From the sequence record NC_019410.1: DNA of 64,000 nucleotides, one strand, 5' to 3'. The notes under the pieces were generated by a model. The model had not been told where the DNA came from. It ran no database searches and was given only the letters and a program-made list of their open reading frames with translations. Shown piece by piece: positions 37,426 to 43,417 of the stretch. The translations under genes were made by a program, and so were the position numbers. Every line of letters starts with the position of its first letter. Positions within the stretch are counted from its first letter, which is position 1.

Positions 37426-39116
37426 TACCTGCCGTTGAAGGTGATCAGCGCCCGCTTGCCGTTCGGGTACTGCACGCAGTGGGTGTGCGCCCAGGACGAG
37501 GGGCCGGTGTTGTAGCCCATGTCCAGCTTCGAGGTCGTGCCGGTGTTGTAGGCGCTCTCGAAAATGCCGGGCGAGTGGGTATGACCAAACGTAGTCTTCG
37601 GGCCGATCTTGGCGAACTGCTGGATGTTGCCGCGCGAGCCGTTGGCGCCGTTATGCCCGTGGTTGGAGTGCTCGACCCCGCCAACGACGCAGGACTCGTC
37701 CTCGCGCAGGAACTTCACGCCGTTGCAGTTCCAGACGTCGAAGGCGTTGGTCATCACCTCCTCGAAGATCGAGAAGTTCTTTTCGCCGGTCCGGATCGAG
37801 GCGTAGACCGCCCGCTGGCAGGTGAGGAAGAACTCGGCGTTGACCGGGTCGGCGCGGTAGTCGGCCGTCTTCAGCCATTTGTTGAGCGCCAGATCGTGGT
37901 TGCTCTCGACCACCGTGACCTTCGAGTCCGGGGCCTGCCGGCCCAGGATGGTCAGGAACATCGCCACCTCGCGTAGTTCCTGCTCGACGCTTTCGGAGCC
38001 CTTGACATAGAGCCGGAAGCGATCGTGCGGATCGGCGATGTTGTGGTGGTTGCGCGCCCGGAAGTCGGAGACGTCGTGGACGAAGATGTGCTCGGGCCGC
38101 AGGACGTCGATCATCGACGGCGTCGCCACGCTACCCCACACCCGGCTCCCGTCGGCCGAGCGCTGCTCGGTCGGGAAGAAGCCGAAGGTGGCGGCCGACA
38201 CCTCGGGATCGATCTGCGCCACGTGGACGTCGCCGGGCGTCAGGCAGGCCACGCGATGGCCCTCGGTGACCACGCCGTCCTTGACGAAGACGTCCAGGTC
38301 ATAGAACGAGCCGTCGGTGTCGCCCAGCAGGTGGCGGCAGAAGAACTTGCCGTCCTCGTCGACCTCGACCAGCACCGCGCCCAACTGGTGGTGGAAGCTG
38401 GCCTTGATCCCGGCCTTCTTGGGAACGTAGTTCGGCTTGGTGACCGCGCCCGTCGTCATGATCTGCTTGGACGGGGTGTGCTTCATCGTCGGAACGCTGA
38501 CGAGTTGCACCTTGGCGTGGGGGAAGATGCCCCAGCGCTCGCGGGTGTAGGAGTGGAAGCCCGACAGCGGGTTCTCGGCCGTGGGGAGGGTGTTCATCTC
38601 GCCGCAGAAGTCGATCCGGTCGGCGATCCGCACGCGCTCGGCGACGAGGTATTCCATCACCCGCTTGTGGAAGAACGCCGCGTGCTTGGCGTGGTCCTCG
38701 AACAGGCGCTTGGAGTAGGTGAAGCCAGCGATCATGATCTCGCACGGCGCGTCCCGGCGCAGGTGCTCGGCATAGGCCTCCAGGTTGTCGACGAACTCCT
38801 CGTGGATGTGCGTCGAATCCTGGGCCGAGGACAGGATGAACCGCCGGCGCCCGGTGGTCTCATCCACCGTCACGGTCCGGGCGGCGGGCGCCGGCCGGTG
38901 CGACAGCGGGTCCTTGCGCATCGAGTAGAGGCGGTTCTGGAGCGTCGTGCGCTTGACGCTGTACTTGCGCGAGAACGCCCGCTGGCCGCCGGCCTTCTTG
39001 ACCATCGCGTTCAGTTCTTCCGGCGACACCGAGTAGATGTCGAACGGACCCTCGGCCGGCAGGGCGGCCTTGGGCTTCTTGCCCGCCTTGGAAGCGTGTT
39101 CGAACTCAGCCGGCAT
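37413..39116 (-). CDS. Calcineurin-like metallophosphoesterase/nuclease with an N-terminal HTH
   Basis: GDVH, HD..D, ESNHD, HGH and GHTH motifs. Confidence 0.7.
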   Translation of the reverse strand: MPAEFEHASKAGKKPKAALPAEGPFDIYSVSPEELNAMVKKAGGQRAFSRKYSVKRTTLQNRLYSMRKDPLSHRPAPAARTVTVDETTGRRRFILSSAQDSTHIHEEFVDNLEAYAEHLRRDAPCEIMIAGFTYSKRLFEDHAKHAAFFHKRVMEYLVAERVRIADRIDFCGEMNTLPTAENPLSGFHSYTRERWGIFPHAKVQLVSVPTMKHTPSKQIMTTGAVTKPNYVPKKAGIKASFHHQLGAVLVEVDEDGKFFCRHLLGDTDGSFYDLDVFVKDGVVTEGHRVACLTPGDVHVAQIDPEVSAATFGFFPTEQRSADGSRVWGSVATPSMIDVLRPEHIFVHDVSDFRARNHHNIADPHDRFRLYVKGSESVEQELREVAMFLTILGRQAPDSKVTVVESNHDLALNKWLKTADYRADPVNAEFFLTCQRAVYASIRTGEKNFSIFEEVMTNAFDVWNCNGVKFLREDESCVVGGVEHSNHGHNGANGSRGNIQQFAKIGPKTTFGHTHSPGIFESAYNTGTTSKLDMGYNTGPSSWAHTHCVQYPNGKRALITFNGRYWRL

Positions 39117-39807
39117 AGAGAAGCTCCGGTTTGGCGCTGACCGGCTTGGACCAATCCCAGACGTACCAAGCGTAGGCGAAGCGCGGGGCGCCCTTGGTGC
39201 CGGCGATCCAGCGGGGGCGGTGACGAAGGGTGACCTTCGCGGTGAAAGCGGGGTGATCGAACAGGTCCGCGCGCGAGCGCGCCGCGTCCCATTCGTGGCG
39301 GCAGAGGAAGGCCACGAGGCCCTGGTCGGCCTCCATCAGGTCCAGCGCGTGGCGCGCGGCGCGCTCGGCGTCCTTGCCGTAGGGCGGGTTGGTGATGATC
39401 GCGTCCGGACGCGGCGGCAACGGCGTGCTCTTGCGCTCCTCGCCCTTCTCGTCGACAACCGTCTCGGGCCGGACCTTCAGCGCGCCCAGGCGGTCGAGGT
39501 CGGCCGGCGTCAGCTTGAAGAAGTCCTCGACCGCGTCGACCTCGAAGCCCTCGTAGCGGTGGATGTCCGTGGCGAGGACTTCCTGCACGAAGGGCTTGAG
39601 CGGCGTGGCGATGGCGCCGTTGCCGGCGAAGGGCTCCCAGGCGAAGAACGGGGCGAAATCATCGCCCAGGGCCTCGATCAGGGCGTCGAAGGCCGGCCGA
39701 GGAGTCGGGTAAAAGTCCAGCGGGGTCCTGGCATATCCGGAGGCGCCCAGCATGGAGGGGTCTTTGCGACCAGCATCGGAGAGAGACATGGTCGTGAGGG
39801 ATGTCAT
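39106..39807 (-). CDS. Amino (N6-adenine/N4-cytosine) DNA methyltransferase-like protein
   Basis: DFYPTP, WEPFAGNG (SAM binding) and TNPPY motifs. Confidence 0.8.
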   Translation of the reverse strand: MTSLTTMSLSDAGRKDPSMLGASGYARTPLDFYPTPRPAFDALIEALGDDFAPFFAWEPFAGNGAIATPLKPFVQEVLATDIHRYEGFEVDAVEDFFKLTPADLDRLGALKVRPETVVDEKGEERKSTPLPPRPDAIITNPPYGKDAERAARHALDLMEADQGLVAFLCRHEWDAARSRADLFDHPAFTAKVTLRHRPRWIAGTKGAPRFAYAWYVWDWSKPVSAKPELLYAG

Positions 39808-39820
39808 GGTTAACGAAGGG

Positions 39821-39867
39821 TGTCAAGATTCACGACATTGACTGTCGTGACGCAGCACGTTAATCAG
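39821..39867. promoter_or_regulatory. Divergent promoter region: recurrent motif (minus, 39821-39837) and TTGACT (39838-43)...GTTAATC (plus)
   Basis: The motif abuts a plus-strand -35 element directed at the 630-nt RNA. Confidence 0.55.
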
Positions 39868-39869
39868 GA

Positions 39870-40498
39870 GGCAACGGGCCGTCCTTCTGCATTAGCCCCG
39901 CCGCCGCGCCTTCCAGGCGGCACGGGCCGGGACGGTGGTTGGTGACGAGCAGGCCGAGGCAGCGGCGGGCGAGTCGAAGGAGAACCCGGCGAGCGGCGGA
40001 AGGCGTCGTTGACGCCCTCGGACTCGACAAGCACGTGGTGATGCCGGAAATCACCGCGATCGCGCGGACGTCTGGACGTTGCTAGGCGTAAGGCAGGCCT
40101 GCCGAGAAGTGGAAACGGCCGGGGCGGGCGGGACTTGATCTCGTCCGCCTTTCCGCCTAAGCTTCCCTCATTGCAGGCGCAGCACCGCCCTTCGCTAACG
40201 GCCCCGAGGGGTACGCAAGGGCTAGAAGCCTTGCCTGGGACAGGACTGCCTCTGATCCAGGAACGCCCTGGGCCGCGTAGCGCCCATGACGCGAACGCCG
40301 GCCGAGAATGGGCGACTAGGCGTGACGGCGGCCAGAGGCCGCAGCGACATTCCAAGCTCGATAGAGCGATCGGCGGGCCGGGGCGAAAGCCCTGTTTCGA
40401 GAGCCAGGGCAACCCGTCATAGGTCCTGGTCGGGCGACGAGGCAGCAAGTCCCGCGAACGGAGCCTCTGAGGTGGCGTCACCAAGATGCAGCAGACGC
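39870..40498 (+). ncRNA. Unassigned large ornate ncRNA candidate (~630 nt)
   Basis: Nested end-to-end helices (39887-93/40485-91; 39939-47/40476-84), many GNRA hairpins, its own promoter and terminator, and no credible ORF. Confidence 0.65.
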
Positions 40499-40531
40499 AA
40501 AAAGGCCCCGATCGCGAGATCGGGGCCTTTT
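40499..40531. terminator. Bidirectional rho-independent terminator
   Basis: AAAAGGCCCCGATC-gcga-GATCGGGGCCTTTT. Confidence 0.9.
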
Positions 40532-40536
40532 CATGT

Positions 40537-40625
40537 TGGAGCTTCGGGAGGGACTCGAACCCTCATAGGTGTTCCCACCAGCAGAGATTTGCAATCCCGC
40601 GCCTAACCTCTCAGTCCACCGAAGC
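40537..40625 (-). tRNA. tRNA-Cys(GCA) with a long (class II-like) variable arm
   Basis: Acceptor GCTTCGG/CCGAAGC, U73, encoded CCA, anticodon loop TT-GCA-AA, variable arm GGTG-GGAA-CACC, T arm GAGGG-TTCGAGT-CCCTC. Confidence 0.85.
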
Positions 40626-40809
40626 ACAAAAGGACCTCGACGCCCGAAGGCCCGAGGTCCGATCCGTAACCAGGGGAGGGCCGTAGCTGTCCCCTGACCC
40701 TGAACGACAGGTGGCGGGCTTGGTCGTCATCCCGTCAGGCTCGCGGCGCCGCTCGCCTGAACCGCCGATATGCCACGAGGGCAGTGATCCGCAGGTCCCC
40801 ACAAATAGC

Positions 40810-40844
40810 AAAAAGGCCACGATCCGCGAGGACCGTGGCCTTTT
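40810..40844 (-). terminator. Rho-independent terminator closing the GOLLD-like RNA
   Basis: AAAAGGCCACG...CGTGGCCTTTTT on the minus strand. Confidence 0.85.
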
Positions 40845-40845
40845 C

Positions 40846-41722
40846 GTTTTCCGATGGGCTGAGACTACACCCATCAGCAATCCCGCTTCGAGGATTATTC
40901 CCCAGGTGCGACCCCAGGTATTCCCTCGACGTCCACCAGACCCCTTGCGGTAGTCCAGTCCGAGATCATCGCCGCCGTTCTTGCGCACCCCGAAGGGATT
41001 GCGGGTCTGGCGTTTGACCCATCATGGCGAACTACTCGACAGTTCCTTCCCCGCTGGGCTTGCGACCCACTCACCGGCGCTAACCGGCTGACGAAGCTCT
41101 TCCTATCGACACCTCGCGGGCTTGCGACCCTTGAGATGACTCCGTTACCCGAAGGCCGGAGCATTTGGCGACTTACGTCCGCCACTGGACCAGTCTTTGC
41201 GTTTTTCATCGAAGCGGGGATTGAACCCGCGACCGACAGCTTAAGAGGCTGTTGCACTACCACTGTGCTATTCGCAAACCCACCAAGACGTGCTGGTCCA
41301 GTTGTTCCCAGAGCTTTTGACCCCGGAAATGCAACACGCCTCATATCTTTCGCCTTGCGGGCTACTCGACTGCTCTTCAGGACTCCGTCTCCCCCAACCT
41401 TTCGGCCAGGATGCCCAGCACCCCTCGAACTGAAGCAAAGCTCTTCACCGCGAAGTGTCGAACCCTGCAACCCAAACGGTTATCCGTACTCCCTAGACAC
41501 GCTTGCACGGGATAGTCCGCTTGCGACGGACTGGCGGTTAAAGCCTCGGAGTTACCCCGGCCCCGCCTTGTCTCCCACGGTCTTCAGGTCTATCCCCTTT
41601 TGCAAGAGGCGGCCAGCTTCCCAGCCCGGACCCGTCGGCTTCCTCTGTCCTCTTGCGAGGTCGGGCGGCCTATGGGAGACCGTCCCTGTCACCCCGTCGC
41701 CGGGGCTTTCGTCAGAAGCGAC
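40846..41722 (-). ncRNA. GOLLD-like giant ornate RNA (~870 nt)
   Basis: Size, tRNA association, an embedded tRNA, GAGUA E-loop motifs, repeated GCAA tetraloops, and 3' motifs GAGCUUCGUCAGC and GGUGUAGUCUCA recalled from GOLLD; has its own promoter and terminator. Ends are approximate. Confidence 0.78.
41206..41277 (-). tRNA. tRNA-Lys(CTT)-like element embedded in the GOLLD-like RNA; acceptor stem broken, no CCA
   Basis: D arm GCAC-AGTGGTA-GTGC, anticodon arm ACAGC-CT CTT AA-GCTGT, T arm GCGGG-TTCAATC-CCCGC; acceptor TTGCGAA/TTCGATG has only 4 Watson-Crick pairs. Confidence 0.8.
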
Positions 41723-41728
41723 GATGAC

Positions 41729-41757
41729 GTTCTAGCGACAGCCCACGTCGTCGTCAA
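41729..41757 (-). promoter_or_regulatory. Caulobacter sigma73-type promoter TTGACG-N15-GCTAGAAC for the GOLLD-like RNA
   Basis: Matches the recalled Caulobacter housekeeping consensus TTGACGS...GCTANAWC. Confidence 0.75.
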
Positions 41758-41813
41758 CGACTTTTTCCGTCTCGATGTCGAATTTTTTCGACAGTCGTGG
41801 ATGACGACAGTGC

Positions 41814-41841
41814 TTGACATTCTCGTAAGCCCATGCTAGGT
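41814..41841 (+). promoter_or_regulatory. Promoter TTGACA-N15-GCTAGG for the tmRNA
   Basis: Divergent from the GOLLD promoter. Confidence 0.65.
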
Positions 41842-41844
41842 GTC

Positions 41845-42225
41845 GGAAATCGTTGTAATTCGGACAACGGAACTGGCGGCAAGACAGGGGTGCGAATCCC
41901 CTCGCCTCCACCATCGACGCCCGGCGCTGGGAGTACGCGACTCCTGGGCAGGGAGTGTTACCCTGGCGGGCTGCGGCCCGAGCCAAAGGTAGCCGGGCGT
42001 CGTTGATGGGGGCGACTAGCTTTCGATTGGCGCTCGGGACTGAAAGACGCAACGGTGGGTGACCTCCACATCGGCTTGCCGGTGATCGGGTCAGGCAACA
42101 GTAAATGTCGCCGACAATGACAACGACGTCGTGGCTTTCGCCTCGGCTCGTGAAGCCATCGCCGCCTAATAAGCGGTAGAGGAGCCCGCCGGGAGCTTGG
42201 CAACAGAATCCCGGCAACCCCCTTT
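41845..42225 (+). ncRNA. ssrA: Circularly permuted (two-piece, alphaproteobacterial-type) tmRNA; tag ADNDNDVVAFASAREAIAA
   Basis: The acceptor piece ends T arm-CGCCTCC-A-CCA at 41913. The coding piece starts GGGGGCG at 42008, giving a G3:U70 Ala identity pair. The tag ORF at 42110-42169 ends in AA followed by TAATAA. Confidence 0.92.
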
Positions 42226-42350
42226 CGCAGGCGGGAACACCAACAGGCGATCTGTCGGGCGACCGATTTCCGATCCGTGTTCCCGTCTTCGAAAGGTGGT
42301 CAGGCCTACCCTCTTGGTGTGCTATCCAAGGGTCTGGCCACTTTACAGAA

Positions 42351-42429
42351 CGCGGGGTAGAGGAGTCCGGTTGTCCTCGTCTGGCTCATAACCAGGAGAT
42401 CGTGGGTTCAAATCCCACTCCCGCTCCCA
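42351..42429 (+). tRNA. tRNA-fMet(CAT)-like
   Basis: CGCGGGG 5' end with a C1:U72 mismatch, CTCATAA loop, TTCAAAT T loop and encoded CCA. Confidence 0.88.
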
Positions 42430-42510
42430 ATGCGAACGCCGGCTGTTGAGAACGACGGCGTGACAAGCTCGGAGAGAACGAGCACTCCAGTCCGGGGTAT
42501 GAGGCCGGAC

Positions 42511-42707
42511 TAGCGGACGCCGTAGCGATTGCAGGCGTGACACCCGGAGATAGCGGGACCGGCTTTCCGAGCCGCATGCTCGGCGCGTAAGACCGCAGGC
42601 CTCGGCCATCGGGCAGTGTCAGGGGATGAGGCTAGTCCTCGGCTAACCACCTAGCGGTGAAGCTAGGGCATGCGGTTCGGAAAGCCGGGTTCGCGGTTCG
42701 TCCGCTA
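42511..42707 (+). ncRNA. Unassigned structured RNA with a 27-bp stem and multibranch loop
   Basis: 42553-79 pairs with 42668-94 (26 of 27 positions, 3 GU); outer helix 42511-19/42699-707. Confidence 0.55.
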
Positions 42708-42708
42708 C

Positions 42709-42790
42709 GAGATGGAGATGTCGCCGGTTCGAGTCCGGCAGGTCCCCCAAAAGGAGGCCTTAGCTCAGTCGGTAGAGCGCTCCTATCCCA
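42709..42790 (+). ncRNA. YrlA-like Y RNA / circularly permuted tRNA mimic
   Basis: The order is stem 5' strand, T arm (TTCGAGT), acceptor-like hairpin closed by CAAAA, D arm (AGTCGGTA), stem 3' strand. Confidence 0.7.
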
Positions 42791-42795
42791 CCTTT

Positions 42796-42880
42796 GGTAC
42801 GGTGGCTCGACAGGTAAGGCATCGGCCTCATAAGCCGAGGGTTCGTCCCAATCCTGGTTCAAATCCAGGTCGTACCTCCA
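42796..42880 (+). tRNA. tRNA with CAT anticodon, long variable arm and U73 (Met/Ile2 identity uncertain)
   Basis: Acceptor GGTACGG/TCGTACC, anticodon arm TCGGC-CTCATAA-GCCGA, variable arm GGG-TTCGT-CCC, encoded CCA. Confidence 0.85.
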
Positions 42881-42954
42881 AATCGACGCTTGACCCCAGG
42901 CCGCAGGCTGCTAAGCTTCCCCGGTCGGGATCGTCCCGCGTCCTTTCCAAGGTC

Positions 42955-42985
42955 AAGCCCCCGGAGCTTCGCTTCGGGGGCTTTT
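42955..42985 (+). terminator. Rho-independent terminator ending the tmRNA/tRNA unit
   Basis: AAGCCCCCGGAG-cttcg-CTTCGGGGGCTTTT. Confidence 0.85.
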
Positions 42986-43338
42986 CAGTTCTTGACCACC
43001 CGCAGGCGCCGGGCCTCGATGGCGCGCTCCTCCGCCGCCACGCGCGAGACGTCTTGCAGGTGCGCCTTGGCGATCAGGTCGGGCGCGCCCACGGCCCGGA
43101 AGGGCACCTTGACGGAGAGGTCGACATAGCGCCGCAAGAGAGGCTCGAATTCCAGACCCCGCGCCTGGGCGATCCGCGACAATGCGCCGGCGACGATCGC
43201 CACGACCAGGACGTTGGTCGGGGTCTCCTTGGTCAGGGTCCAGATGCCCGGTATCGATTGTCCAGGATGGAGTTCCTGCCGCGACACGTCATCGGCGGCG
43301 GCGCGGAAGAGGTTCTCGTAAGGGACGTTTTCGAGCAT
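42985..43338 (-). CDS. Hypothetical protein
   Basis: 117-aa ORF converging on the terminator. Confidence 0.55.
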   Translation of the reverse strand: MLENVPYENLFRAAADDVSRQELHPGQSIPGIWTLTKETPTNVLVVAIVAGALSRIAQARGLEFEPLLRRYVDLSVKVPFRAVGAPDLIAKAHLQDVSRVAAEERAIEARRLRVVKN

Positions 43339-43417
43339 GCGACAACGATAGCGATCTTTTGCCGCCTGTCTACCCTCTACTCTTGATAGTAGTAAAGCCC
43401 TGATTTCAACACAAGCG

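Noticed and set aside
39870-40498. RNase P RNA or group II intron identity for the 630-nt RNA
   Set aside because: No GAGGAAAGUCC/ACAGAA..CGGCUUA conserved regions and no domain 5 hairpin were found.
40895-41735. ORFs 40895-41470(-), 41136-41735(+), 41732-42217(-) and 39864-40484(-) in the RNA island
   Set aside because: They have no RBS, atypical codons and no recognisable domains, and they overlap clearly structured RNAs. The MVEARGFAPLS peptide is simply the antisense of the tmRNA 3' end.
42481-42717. Group I intron in a tRNA anticodon loop (GGACTAGC/GCTAGTCC as P7; CTCCA/TGGAG stem)
   Set aside because: There is too little sequence for P3-P6 before the R-like element, and the upstream half has no acceptor strand or canonical D loop. 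The YrlA-type permuted reading fits better.
42881-42957. HDV-like (theta) ribozyme after the tRNA 3' end
   Set aside because: Only a GCTTGACC/GGTCAAGC stem with small hairpins is present; the nested double-pseudoknot pattern could not be built.
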